In this document: positions 39,043 through 52,890 of the stretch, piece after piece | Layout of the letters: each line of letters begins with the position of its first letter | Position numbering within the stretch: position 1 is the stretch's first letter | Source: Octopus bimaculoides | Taxonomy: Eukaryota | DNA: 64,000 nucleotides | Direction: 5' to 3' | Assembly (NCBI RefSeq): GCF_001194135.2 | Contig: NC_068982.1 | Coordinates: forward strand, 60,609,149-60,673,148 | The notes under the pieces: generated by a model | Told to the model about the DNA's origin: nothing | Seen by the model: the letters and a program-made list of their open reading frames with translations, nothing else | The model's database searches: none | Made by a program: the position numbers and the translations under genes

Positions 39043-39421
39043 TAGGAGTAGCTGTGTGGTAAGTAGCTTGCTTACCAACCACAAGGTTCCAGGTTCAGAC
39101 CCACTGCATGGCAACTTGGTCAAATGTCGTCTACTATAGCCTCGGGCCAACCAAAGTCTTATGAGTGGATTTCGTAGATGGAAACTGTGTGTGTGAGTGT
39201 GTATATATTTGTGTATTTGTCTTTGTCCCCCCCAGCATCGCTTGACAACCAGTGTTGGTGTGTTTACATCTCTGTAACTAAGTGGTTCGGCAAAAGAGAT
39301 TGACAGAATAAGTACTGGGCTTACAAAGAGTAAGTCCTGGGGTCAACTTGTTCAACTAAAAAGGCAGTGCTCTAGCATGGCCGCAGTCAAATGACTGAAA
39401 CAAATAAAAGAATAAAAGAAT
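39043..39421 (+). mobile_element. tRNA-derived CORE-like SINE, family 3 (full length)
   Basis: A-box-like TAGCTGTGTGGTAAG, B box GGTTCAGACCC, CORE-like caacttggtcaaatgtc, internal (GT)n tract, (AAAGAAT)n 3' tail. Confidence 0.8.
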
Positions 39422-40126
39422 GCATGTATTATATAAACATGTACATTTACTAACATGTATGTTTACTAACTTACGTACACACACTCACAAGCACTTATAT
39501 ATGCATATATGTGTGTGTACATATTTGTATGAGTATATATATGCATCTATATGTATGTCTCTGTTTATATATATGTATATATGAACATGTATATAGACAT
39601 ATTTGAGGGCACACACACACAGGTATAAACATGTGTGTATGCAGTTCATATGCATATATTTGTGAATTATTATGCTTATCCATGTAAAAATGTGTTTGGT
39701 GAATGAATATATTTTTGTGTATATACACAGATATGACTTCTACATACATATGCTGTGTATGTGTTGATATTACTTTGCTTATGTAATGATTAGATTTGTG
39801 TTTTATCATACTCAGCCTAGGACGCTGTGGACAGCAGCACAAAGAAATTTTAATTTCTTTCAGTTAACCCCACCCTTCATTTTTATATGGTAAGTTGCCA
39901 GATATCATACTTCATACATTCTCATCATATTTTAGCTTGTTGTCCAAATTAGGGAATGAGCTAGCTGATGACAGTTGTAAGCCCTTTCCTGATATGATGT
40001 CTGTTATGCTTTCTCATTCCATCTCCATTCTACTATTGCCTTCGTGGAATACTCCAAAGCTAAAATTAATTGCATTTGACTTGTACTCTGCATGGCATGT
40101 GTGCATGTGTGTATGTATGTGTTTTA

Positions 40127-40205
<79 letters not shown>

Positions 40206-40250
40206 TATTATTATTATTATTAACAACAACAACAACAACAATAATAATAA
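40127..40250. repeat. (ATT)n/(AAC)n/(AAT)n microsatellite
   Basis: Directly visible; source of the poly-L/Y/N track ORFs. Confidence 0.95.
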
Positions 40251-41094
40251 TCAGATCTTTGTAATTTTTATAATAGTGTTTTATTTCTTTTAGACTAGAT
40301 TATTGCATTTAGTTAATGAACTTCTGCAACATTTAAGGATTGATGGAAGTATTAGAAGATTAATTATTATATTCTCAGACTATTGTTTTAAAAAACATAA
40401 TCACATGGAGAAAAATTTATACACACAGTTATTTCATGCTGAAATATGTTTTGTTTTGATAGTCACTGGGAGAGACATACATATTTGCCTCTGTCTCCAT
40501 GGCACACTTCCTTCACGCCTACATTTTTTTTTCCTCTTCGTGCACACACAGAAACAAACACACATACACATTCACATTCATATATCGTTTTATGTAGATA
40601 TAATGATTTAGGTTTATATGGGATGGGGGAAGTAACAAATTATGATGTCTATGACTTTAACAAGAGCATAGCAACGGAAATTAAAACTAATTCCTAAATT
40701 CAATCCTCAGAGAAGATACACCTGTATTACAGTGCCAGCAATTATATAAAACCATTTCTACTGCTTCTTTTCACCATCTCTCTCCTTTTTTCTTCTCTCT
40801 TTCTTTTCACATATATATATATATATATATATACATATATATAAAGCGAGAGAGAGAGAGAGAGAGTATGTGTGTGTGTATAAATATATATATACACACA
40901 CACACACATGTATATATATATATATGTATGGTGGTATGTATGTATATGTGAGTCATTTATGTATACATACATAAGTAACAAAAAATATACTCTATACACG
41001 TGTGTGTATGTATACACACACAGACACACACACACACATATACATACTTACATATACCACAAGACATTTTGTTTGACATTTTAGCTATTCTACC

Positions 41095-41245
41095 TGTGCC
41101 TGTCTCGGGCTGGTTCTTTATTTGTTTTTCAGGGATTAATAAATTTGGATTTGTATGGATATAAACTCAGGGTTTAGAGAACCAGCACAAGTACTGCAAA
41201 ACAATTATTCCATCATTTTAACAACTCTATTAGTTTGCCCTGTAT
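41095..41245 (-). mobile_element. SINE family 1 remnant
   Basis: gggctggttcttttattt..cagggattaat..ataaactcagggtt..aagtactgcaaaacaatt resembles antisense family 1. Confidence 0.45.
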
Positions 41246-42990
41246 ACTGTATGTATGTGCGTGTCTTTGTACAAATGTGTATTTATCCCCACCTCTGTGC
41301 TCTTAAATATAAGGATTTGTTTAAATAGTTATCCATATCTGTTGAATTATAAACTTTTATTAAGCAAATTATTTAACTAAACCAATAACAATGATTTTTT
41401 TAAACTTTCCTTCTATTAAGTGGAGGAATTTCCTCTTTGCTCCATGATACTTTTTTTCTCTTCACTTCTTCCCTTATCTCAACATGCTAAGTTACAGGCA
41501 TTCATTGGGTGTGGTTTTTTCCTTTTCTTTTGGTTTCACACCAGACTTCTGTGGTCAATGATTGATGTGAATTGCTTACAGCCTTCTGCTTGTCATGTCC
41601 AATGTCCACACTAAACCATCACTTAGTCTCAGAAGGTTCCATGATACTAGCCACCTGTGTACACAGATACCCTGAGGGTTTATTTTTGTCTTTTAAGTCT
41701 ACTGTAGGAATACTTGCTCTCAAAATTAATTTCATCATTCATAAACGCTTGCTGTTAATACCAATGGGATACAATTGCCAGTGTAACAAGAAATAGATCA
41801 TACTATTGATTTTGGACAGAATGTTCTGCTTTTGTCATTCACAACAGCAACAAATTGAGTGTTAGAATTGGATTGACTGTAAAATCTTCTAAGAGCATTT
41901 CACTTTAAAATGCATTCCTTATCCTGGCAATTCCTTTTGGAATTTATGTCCATTTCTCAATGACAATTTTAGTTTCAAATGCTTTGAATGTAATAAGTGG
42001 CATTTAGTATTTCCCATTTCAAGTTACAGAATGTACCAAGATATCTGGTACTTTTTGATAGTATGATAGTGCTTTTATAGCTACAGCAAGCAAAATTACT
42101 GTTTGAAGTGCACACGCACTGTAATTATGTTTATCATCAAATAAATGCTCATGGAATACTACATTGTTTTCCTGATTCTCTTTCCTGTGTTTTTATTGTC
42201 TTACAGCATTTCTATTTTATTTATTATTACATAACGCTTTTACATAAATATAATAAATATTAACATAAAATAATTACTTGCAATTATCTTCTGTTGATTG
42301 AAATCAAAATTAGTATTTTAATTATAAAAGCAAGCAAGACAAGCAGTAAAAAAATGTTTAGCAAATTATAAGTAAATTAACCCTAATTCAAAATTAGCAA
42401 TTTCTTTTTTTTAATTTATAATTATTGTTAAAATTTATTTATTTATTCTTCTCCTTATACCTCATTTCCATGTTTATTCTTAAAAATCTCAATTCAACTT
42501 TTCTTGTTAGCCAATATGACCTAGAAGATAGTCTGCCAAGACATTTATTGATATAGTTTTTATAGCTTATGAAACAGATATTTACTTTTATAATTTTCTT
42601 ATAATTTAGATTAGCTTCAAAATCAAATCATAATCAATACACACACTCACACACATGTGTTTTTTTTTTATTAAAATAATAATTTTCTCATAACTTGACA
42701 AATAATTATTTTTCTTTTATGAAATTTCAAAAATATTTTAAATGATACCACACTTATTAAGATAGTTCAAAATACTATTATTTTCTGTGATATATATTTT
42801 TTTTACAGTATTTTCAGTTGTTATTTTTATACATAAAACATTGTCAGATTCAGGGTAGTATCCAAGCAGGTTTTATATTATCAGTAGATACTTAACCACA
42901 CTGCTACCACATATCTTACCATGATCATTACAAAACTGAATGAAGAAAATTCTAACATCTTAGCAACCCACCATCATCATAAAACCTTAG

Positions 42991-43580
42991 TATTGTGTCG
43001 AGTCAAAAATTTTGCAATATTTTAGTAACTTATTTGCTTCATTGATCAAGTTACGACAACAGCCTAGCATTCAAAGCAGAAGCCATCATGTTGCACTGTC
43101 TGAAGCCACCTTTCTGCCAATTAGTTAATCCCACACTGATACCAGCTCTTGTTCTTTGAGATGAAGAACACCTTCACTGAAGCTTTCCCCCTCCTCTAAG
43201 TTGATGAAGTGTCACAAGCACAGGAAGTGAGCCATGGATCTGAACAAGTTGGATCTGGTTCAAGGGCACCAGGTCTGGACTATATGCTGGGTGGGACATC
43301 AGTTTGATTCTCTTAAGTTCTTGCAGTTTATTCTAGGTCATTTGAACAGTATAATGTCTTGCATTGTCTTGCAAAAGAGCTCACTTTCTGTTGATAAATG
43401 CCAAGTATTTTTGCCATACAATGGCATACATCTGCTCCAACTGTTTGGAGTACAGGTTAGCATCAATGGTTTGACTGTCTAGAATAAAGTCGTTGTGAAC
43501 TATCTCCTCATAATTCCACCAGACACAGAGCATCACCTTGTGTTCAAAACACCCATGTTTAGTGACAGGTCCCAACCACT
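42991..43580 (-). mobile_element. Mariner (DD34D-type) transposon remnant: transposase C-terminal half plus right TIR
   Basis: Minus strand: HKVMLCVWWNYEEIVH..QTIDANLYSKQL..INRK*ALLQDNARH..HPAYSPDLVP..LFRSMAHFL..WYQCGIN*LAERW..* (stop 43064-66). TA plus TIR-like TTGTGTCGAGTCAAAAATTTTGCAA from 42991. Confidence 0.88.
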
Positions 43581-44233
43581 ACTTACAGGCTGCTAATTTG
43601 ACACTAAGAATGAAAATTGTACTATCAAAGTATAAGGAATAAAAAATCTATTCGTTGGGTCCAAGTAACAGATATCTGTATGGTAAGCTCTGAAAAAGTT
43701 GTGATAGATTTATTGTGACTGGCCTTCAATAGGTGCAAGGTGTTTAATTTAGTTCATAGATCATCATGTAACATTTACTTAAACCATGCATCAAATTTGG
43801 TACATATCTTATACTTATTTCTGCAAGGTAGCTCCTTTTTGTATTACTTATGAATATATTGATCTGAAGTAGATTTTCCTTTGCATTTGATGGCAAAAAA
43901 CAAATCTTAGGAAAAGAGTTGACCTTCTCTCCAACAAGAGTCTTATGACCCACTTAAATTACTATTTAAAAATAAAGGTGGGAATGCAAAGGGAAGACCT
44001 GATTATAAGTAAATTTTACAAGAGGGAGAAGAGTACTGTTGGTATTGTATGGGTTTGTGTGATAATGCTCCAGTTCTTGCAATTAGGTTGAAAGTGAATG
44101 AATGCCTGTGACATTGCATGATAGAAGTTTTTAGTGTTTTAAGTGGCTTAGTAGAGTATATCTTTTATTTCTCTTTACATTGATGTACATATGTTCAAAA
44201 GCTTATACACTTACACAAACCTCTATAGCTATA

Positions 44234-44245
44234 TGTACACACACA

Positions 44246-44279
<34 letters not shown>

Positions 44280-44289
44280 NNNNNNNNNN

Positions 44290-44328
<39 letters not shown>
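44234..44328. repeat. (CA)n microsatellite with an N-gap at 44280-44289
   Basis: Directly visible. Confidence 0.95.
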
Positions 44329-44335
<7 letters not shown>

Positions 44336-44831
44336 TAGGATTACAATGGTACAACCAGAAACTTTGCCTTTATGAAAGCAAGCCATTTTAGAAACATACT
44401 TCCTTTTCCAAGCTACAACCAAACAAAGAAGGGGTTACACTTAGCCCAACAAACTAACAAAATATTAACTTATCGATTTTATCTATAATTAGGTGAGTTG
44501 GAGTATACTGAGTTAAGTACCTTAGTTCTAGAAGCATTTTAGTGCTGGTGATGAGTTTCCAAGAGTCTACTAGCTGTAATTAGATATACACACATTGTAT
44601 AGTGTGTTATTTAACATACTCTATTCTTTCTTACTTTTTTGTTTAATGTAAGCATTGCAGATATTATTGATACTATTACTATGGCTTTAGGTGCAGAATG
44701 CACCTGATAAAACATTTTGTGGTATTTAATCATGCCTCTCTAAGTTTCAAGTTCAGATCCCACTGCTAAACAAATAAGTATCCGTTGTATTTTAAAAGAT
44801 GATTTAATCACCCATTCTCTTCCCCAAATAT

Positions 44832-45030
44832 GAAGTGGATGGCCCGAATGGTTGAGTGCTGGATAAAATGCCTTGTGACATTTAATTGTGTCACTTTTAA
44901 GGTCTGAGTTCAATTCCCACCATTACTGATTTCACTTTTCATCCTCCCAGAGATAATAAAATAAATATTAGTCAAGTGCTTAGGTCAATTTAATCAATTA
45001 TAACTGCCTCAAAAGTGTTTAGACCTCAAC
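44832..45030 (+). mobile_element. SINE family 1 (diverged); another head remnant at about 44690-44785
   Basis: ggcccgaatggttgagtgctggataaaatgcc..tctgagttcaattccc..ttttcatcctccc..ataaaataaatattagtc. Confidence 0.65.
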
Positions 45031-46692
45031 TTTATATTTTTACCTGAAACTTTATACTACTGTGAATCCAAATTATTATATTTTTTAATTAATTAAATCT
45101 TATAGTTTTGTTATCTTTTAATCAAATGCTAAGCTCCGCAAAATAATTTTTTTATAAAATAGGGGTTCAGTTTAACAAAAGACTTTACATTTAGTGCTTT
45201 TTAAATATATTTTTAATTTTGTTCTGTATTCATTACATATTAAGTTCATAGCTTTCAAAAAAGACAATTTAAGTTATTTATCCTGCTCTGGATACTGCTG
45301 GCTATCCTTTGGCTAGGTGTCGGGAAGAAAGAAAAGAACTGTTCCTCCACTAATATATTGTTGAGTTGAAAGAGAGGTGTAAAAAAAGATGAGTTTGATT
45401 GTTTTTTTTTCCTCCTCCTCCAAAGTTACTTGTATTTTTAGTCTAAGATTTTCTCATTGTTAACTGTTAGCAATACTACAATAACTCATTTAACTGTGGC
45501 ATATGATCTCTATAAATCAGGTAGCTCATTTGAAATTCAGGACCACATCAGTTCTTATCAACTTTGGGCACCAATTGTGCTGTCTAAAGAAGTTATCTCC
45601 TTCACCTGGTCCACCTAACTGCCTGCCAACCATGAAGAATCACCTATCAATACACACTATCAGATTGAACCCAATGACAAATTTGTCTCCTTCTCTTGAT
45701 CTATATTGGGCAATTTGTTTTTTTGTTTTTTTTTTCTCTCATATATTTTTGTACCTGTTTTTTTTTTGCTTCATTTTTGTTATTTTTCTTGAGCTGTTTG
45801 TTACTTGGACGGTTCCCAACAGACATTTCAACCAGATGCCAATGCATTCTTCAGAAAAGAATACTAACAATATTTTCTTGCAATTATAAATCACTTGTGT
45901 ATATGTGCAGACTTGTTTGCTGATGTGAAAGCTATATGGCAAGGCAAGAGTTGGAGGCAAGGAAAAGAAAATTTTACTGATTTTATATGGTTAGCATCAA
46001 TCTAGAATATTCTAAAACCAATATCTGTTTTATATCTTATATAATCAGTACTAGAGGTTTATGGGTAGAGTGAACATAGCAAAGTTATTTGTCATCATTA
46101 TTCATATGGCATTACTTGTTTTATTTTAACTTTATTTATTTAATTCTTTTTGGCTTTTTATGCCTTGTAAAAAGTTTCTTTCTCAGATGTTTATTTTAAA
46201 GAAAAAAAAAGTAAAAAGACATTAATTTTATTTATGGATAACACCAAATTTGTGAGACATTTCTCATTTTTCTCTAATAGAATATCACATGCTATGGTGT
46301 GATTTTTTTTATTGCTTTCTTTTTAAAATTATTTTATAGTTTCATAAGCTTAATCATGTTTTCTTCGAATGATTAGTGTTTACCTTTCCCCTATTCAAAG
46401 CACTTCAAGGTAAAATGTGACATGAGCCAAGCGAGTAAATGATACCATGTGTTTCATTTTGGAAATAGATTTTCTTTTTTGTTTCACTCTTTATTGCCAA
46501 GAATATTTTTCTTTTATTTCTGTTCCCCAGTTTTGCATATATTATTCAACAATAATTTTCATCTGATATAAATTGCATCTTAGTGTAAGGAAAAATGTGA
46601 TGCTAGATAAGGTTTTTAAGCTAGGTGATAACAAAAAAAGCACCAATGAACACAGGTACAGACACACACACACACACTTATATACATACACA

Positions 46693-46743
<51 letters not shown>

Positions 46744-49444
46744 TCAATTTCTGAAGACTAAATTTTCCTCCTTAGCATTTGTAAAGAAACTTTGTAATGT
46801 GCAATGTTGTGATTTGAGGATTTTGGTGAATGTGTGTGCATGTTTATATGCACACACATTAAATCAAGGAAAGCAAATGGCAGGATGAAGAGTTCTCAGA
46901 ATATTTACAGGATGAAGAGTTCTCAGAATGATGCTGTTAGTCACCAACAAGTACTAGTCAAATACAATTTTACAACAGACACTTGTATTTTATTCAGTAG
47001 TTACTGGGAGTGACGCAAGATTTTAAATTTGCCTAAAAGACAAAAATGCAAGAATATTGTTCAATATTTTGTTGCATTCTAACATTCTTTATGGTCTATA
47101 ATCCCAGATGTTGGCTCCGTTTATTAACAAATTTAAGAACAACTTGTTACATTAATTTGTCCAACAATTTCTACAGTCCACAGCATAACCAAAAACACTT
47201 GTCTAAAAAATTGTATCCTATACATCAGTATCACATACCAAAATGTGATCCTATATATGCTTGTTTTTCTGTCTACAGTGTGTGTTCAAGAAATTATTGG
47301 ACAATTTTCTGTTTAGTCTTAGAATATAAAGATCAGTCACCTCTATAAAATTGATTCATTAGAAACTTTGTATACATGAATAAGAGGTAGGATCTATCTT
47401 TTCTTGGCGAGTATCAGAAACCAGTCTTTGCTGATAAGTGAAGTTAAATAAAAATATTCATGAAAGAGCCAGAAATCAAACAACATAGTGGTGTTAGAGT
47501 CAGAAAATATATTTAATTTATTAGTGCATGGCCTTTTGGAAACCTACATAATTTCCATGAGGCTCATAAACCAATAAACCTTAGTTCATATTTAATTACC
47601 TATATTTGGCAATGCAATAAAAACAGTGAATCTCGTGAGACCTGTTGATATTGAATAAGAGTTCCTTGAAGTCTAGAATGTTTTTTTAATTAGAAAATCA
47701 ATAGTTACCTGAATGCATCCATTGATAATGTGGAGTTTCATTACAGGAAAACACCAGCTTTTGAATAAGTTAAGGAAATTAATCCAATACCAGTTTGTCA
47801 CTTAATGACATTTTTTCTCAAATGTATGATTAAATATATTTTCAACATGAATATTCATATTACATAAATACCTGATATTTCAAATCTTCAGATTCTTAGG
47901 CAAAATGCGGTAATTGATTTGCTTATTTTTATTAATTCAGATTAGATTGTAAGTTTTACCTATTCAAGAATTTATTCCAAAAGATCAATCCAGCTTATTA
48001 TGTCTAATTTTTTTTTTATAAAGTCTAGAGGCACCATGTTTCAAATTGTTTGTGTTCTGTTGTGATTAACATATATTCAGAATTAGATCCTTGCATAGTA
48101 AATGCAAAAATGACCAAATGAGCCTCTTGTTGAGTAAACATTACACTTAATTCTCTGCTTAATTACACTTAATTCTCTCCATCTATTAATCAAAAATAAG
48201 TACTGAGTTTATACAGCAGCATCTTATGGAAGTATAGAATTTGTAAGGCTGTATTTGTTGCCTTAGTATTTCATCTATTTCTTCTATAAAATATGTAAAT
48301 TGTGTTATTTTTGTTGGAGTGTTGGTAAAGAGACTTAATTTCTTAATCACTTTTGGTAACAGAACCACTGTGTGATTGATAGGAAATATGTTAACTTGCA
48401 ATATACTGAGGTTAAATCTTTCTGCCAGCCAGGGAAAAAAACAAACAAAAAAAAAAACAGAGCATATAAGTGTATCTATACTAAAAGACAGCTATCTTCT
48501 TCTCTGAACTGAATAGATCTCCATTGATAGGTATCTCAATAAGAAGGAATTTTATAATTAACTCTATTTGATACACTTTCATAAAACAAAGAAGCATTTT
48601 TCTTTATGAATATGTTTGAGTTTGACTTTTTTTGTATTTTCTTATATTTCTCCATTTTTTATGATATATACGATTTTATTTTCGATTCTTTAAAAAGTTA
48701 ATTTGTTAAAATTCTTCTCTTTGATAGCTAATCATATACTGATAGTCTGAGTTTTAAAAAAACAAGAATGTTATAGCATTTGTGTTCATTTTATAACCAC
48801 ATTGACCAACAAATATATATTCCATAAACATTCATGTTGATAATCTTTTTAGAATCACTTTGACGGTTTTGTACTCTTGCCATGTCAGTTTTACTAGGAA
48901 AACTTATTTTTATTTCACAAGTAATTATTACGACCTGTGCATTCAAATACTTTTTTTTTTGCGTATGTGCATTTTTGTTTTTGTGTATGAGGATGTAGCA
49001 GTGTGTTTCTGTGTATGCGGTGGGGTGTTGTTTATTGACTTCACTCAGAAGAGGCATTACCATAAATTCTTCATTTTTCATTGCCTACATCTCTAAATAT
49101 ATTATCTCATAAACTACTTCTTTTTTAACCTAGCTCAACAGAAATTCTTTTTGGATTTTTCATCAGCAATTTGTTGTACTGCTTCACTGATTTTTGGACC
49201 AAATTTTCTCAAAGGCCAAGAAACAGCTTGGTCTCATTAAAATACAATTGATAACTACTGTCTATTTTATGGGCTGTACATTTCCTAAAACTTCAAAAGT
49301 GAACAAGATTCATTTTGGTCAAATTTTATCTTTTCATTTATTTTTCTTCTTACTTTTTCATCAGTGACATCATCTCTTGTTGATCTTGTTACAAGGGTGA
49401 ATGAATATTTATACTTACTTTCATGACATGGCTCTGTAAAGATC

Positions 49445-49490
<46 letters not shown>
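49445..49490. repeat. (AAT)n microsatellite
   Basis: Directly visible. Confidence 0.95.
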
Positions 49491-49491
<1 letters not shown>

Positions 49492-49620
49492 GATTCTTTA
49501 TTTGCCAAAAGAGTAACAAATGGGAGGACATAACAAAAACAGTGGTGGTTTTTACATCAAGTAAAAAAGAAAAGATTATATATGCATGCATGCACATGTA
49601 TGTGTGTGTGTGTAAAAGAA
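49490..49620 (-). mobile_element. Probable non-LTR element 3' end with (ATT)n tail
   Basis: Minus strand ..ctcttttggcaaataaagaatctattattatt: AATAAA followed by a microsatellite tail. Family not identifiable. Confidence 0.35.
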
Positions 49621-49959
49621 GTTTAAAATGTAAATGTGTTAAGATATATTATGGATGTCTCTCAAAAGGGAGAAAGTAACCAAAAACAAAATGTAAGGCT
49701 TCTAACAAATCCCTAAATATCCTTCAATACTGAGGAAAATATCTTCTCCCTGCAAGGAAATTAAAAACAAGTCCTCTAGAAGGGAGTATTCAGTTTGTCC
49801 TGATCAATACCCAAAATTGCTTCCAGGCCCTTGCCTCCCATACCCTCTATAGAATGCTCATGCTAATGTTCTATTGCTCATCAGTGCAACTGTCTGGATG
49901 CTCATCAGTGCAACTTTCTGGATGCTGCTTACCCAACCTCAGTCTACACTTTAGCCAGA

Positions 49960-50140
49960 CAATAAAAGAGTATTGAGGAAAAGCATTCTCAATAGATCAA
50001 ACACACAATGCAGAGCAGTTCCAGTAGGTAAGCCAAACAATCCAGCAATAAGTTGGAAATGTATCATGAGAGATGTCTGAGGAAAATCATGCACATCCAG
50101 TGGCAGAACAAATGAAGGAGTATCAGAATATTTGACCAAG
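49960..50140 (+). mobile_element. Short RTE-clade LINE fragment (post-RT region)
   Basis: KLEMYHERCLRKIMHIQWQNK resembles the RTE motif LE.FH.RCLR.IL.I.WQDK. Confidence 0.6.
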
Positions 50141-50464
50141 TCATTATCTATTAATAATTACAAATAACAAAATTGTTAGTAAACATTATCCTGTTTTACA
50201 GTGATTTAAACTAAAACCTTCCATTAAAATATCATTAAGTTATGTTCTAAACACAAGCTTTAATAAAGATAAAGCTATTTTACTAGTTTTCATTAATTCC
50301 AAAATTAATTGAAACAGAATAAGTGTATTTCAAAACAAATACGATAACAAGTGTTAAATACTACACAGGGAACTTCAGAACATTAAGTTATTTAACTGTA
50401 AGTATTGGATTCTTGTTCTTATCATTTTAACTCGAAAGCAATTTATTGTTAATTCTTCAATTCT

Positions 50465-50585
50465 TCATCTGGTGATAGGGGAATGTTTCATCAAACTAGA
50501 TGAACCTGGGTTTCACCCTGGAAGGATGAAAATCAAGGTAAATTCTGATGGAATTTCTGATACAGAATTTCGGATAAGAACAAAA
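50465..50585 (-). mobile_element. SINE family 1 remnant
   Basis: caccctggaaggatgaaaatcaaggtaaattctgatggaattt is the antisense of aaattccaccaaggttgactttgcctttcatccttccagggt (cf. 5131-5171). Confidence 0.55.
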
Positions 50586-50648
50586 CTAAATATTTATGTA
50601 CATTAAGTCGACGGTCATCTTCACTGACCATTTATTGTTAGATGCTAC

Positions 50649-50842
50649 NNNNNNNNNNNNNNNNNNNNNNNNNNNNNNNNNNNNNNNNNNNNNNNNNNNN
50701 NNNNNNNNNNNNNNNNNNNNNNNNNNNNNNNNNNNNNNNNNNNNNNNNNNNNNNNNNNNNNNNNNNNNNNNNNNNNNNNNNNNNNNNNNNNNNNNNNNNN
50801 NNNNNNNNNNNNNNNNNNNNNNNNNNNNNNNNNNNNNNNNNN
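50649..50842. other. Assembly gap (194 N)
   Basis: N-run. Confidence 0.99.
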
Positions 50843-52782
50843 ATATATATATATATATATATATACTCATATATATATATATACTGAAAATCTTAAACCA
50901 ACCATTTATTACAAAGCCTGAAAACAGATGAGGCAAAATTTGTTACTGATATCTTTCCAAAGGATATTTATAATGTATATATTTTGGATTCCAATAAAAG
51001 CTATAAATCTGGGTTGCAGATACCATTTTCCAGAATTTATTATAACAAACATCTTCACCCGTAATTATAGTGATTTAGTTGTTCTTTTAAAGTATTTTCT
51101 TTTTCTGTCAAAAAATTATTACAAAATTATATTAATTTGTATATAATGTACGGCTTATGTATTTATGTATTTAAGTTAAATAAAACAGTAATAACAGTGA
51201 AAGTAGCGACAGCACCACTACCACCAGTATTAGTAGTAGTAAAATACATAAGAATGTTTTGAAATTTTTTTCCTATAAAGAACAGGCTATATAGTTCTTG
51301 CTCTTTTTGAATATATTTTATTCTTCCTTAAAGTCTTAGTTGCTTCTTCCTGTTGTATACTGTTTCCTTGTGTCCCCATTTTCACCCTTTTTTTTTCTTT
51401 TTGTTCCCTCTTATTTTGATAAGGAAGTTGTTGCTTTCACTTCCTGGATTTCCTTCTGTTTGTTGATTAGAGAGAATACTCTTCCCTTCTGTGTCATCCT
51501 AATGTCTCCTAAACATCTGTATCTATTTCTGTTTTTCTAATCAACATCTAGTGTCCCTTACCATATTAGGTATCTGTGTAGGACCAGATGAACCTTAGAA
51601 AAGTAGATGATAACTTCAGCATGTCAACAGCTGCTATGGTGATGCTACTTAGCAGAGGGATGTAAGAAGGAGGTCACCTCTACTTCTTTTCTTATATTCT
51701 GCTGCTACGCACATGTAAAGTACTACATATACAACATTTCTGTATGTTGTTGTGATAATACCCCACTGAGAGAACTGATTTTTCTTATCATAGACATTAA
51801 ATAAAATAAAAAATAAAAAACTGTACTGCCTTTGTACTAGTAAAGAGTGGGCTATTTGATGCTTAGTATTATCTGAACAAACCCAGGCGACAAAGTTGTC
51901 TGGTGAGAGTATATCACAGTTTGGCAGGACCAGAATGACTTAACATGTCGCCAAAATGAAGATGTTCATAGATACAATCAGGACAGGTCTGAGATCTTTT
52001 TTTACAGTATAGTTATGGCCTTGTTGAGGTTGTTTTGTTGCTAGTTGTCAAGTGGAACAAGCAAGCAATTTGTATGAAGCGCTGTTGAAGTTTTTCTTTT
52101 TTACTTTCACAATTAACAATAAAATATGATTTGTTTTAATCCTTATTAACTCACACTGGCTTATTGAGCATACTCCTTCACCTCTTTAACATAATCAGAG
52201 CATCCTAAGTTAACTTGGGATACTTCTGGCACCAGGGTCATCTTGGAGGTCAGCTTATCTATGAAGGTCTCTAGTTTTTTTTTGTTCCTCCCTCTGTTCC
52301 AAGTGTCTCCCCAGCTATCAGATTATTAAACGAAGATCTCACAACATTACAAAACAATATATAAGAAACTAGAGTTTGTTACTATTTTTTTTAAAACAAG
52401 TGTAGATCTGTTATAAAACTTACTCTACAAATTTCCTTTTTAACATGATGATGTTATTTTTTTTTTCACAGACAAAAAAATCATTAATAAAAGATACATT
52501 CATTCACTTTCTCCTTCACACCCACACATCTGCATACGTTCATAAATACATGTTCAAGACATAAACTTACTATCTTACCACTAGTCATAATTAGCTTCAT
52601 ATTAGATCACTATGAAAAAAACCTATTTAATTCTCTTTTCTGTTTTTTGTTTTTGTTTTATAAATGCACATTTATGTTGTTTATATGTAAATGTGTTTGT
52701 ATGCATGCATATGTGCATGTGTGGCTATAATGAGTGTGTTTGGATTTATAAACAAGATAAAAGTGCTGCGTGCCTGTGTATG

Positions 52783-52890
<108 letters not shown>

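Noticed and set aside
39895-40293. Poly-L/Y/N ORFs and the many YIYI/THTH/CVCV/ERER ORFs elsewhere
   Set aside because: Translations of (ATT)n, (TA)n, (CA)n and (GA)n microsatellites.
46881-46929. 22-bp direct repeat CAGGATGAAGAGTTCTCAGAAT x2 (similar pairs near 7832-7882, 48142-48178 and 49875-49922)
   Set aside because: Only two units each with little or no spacer; ordinary slippage duplications, not CRISPR-like arrays.
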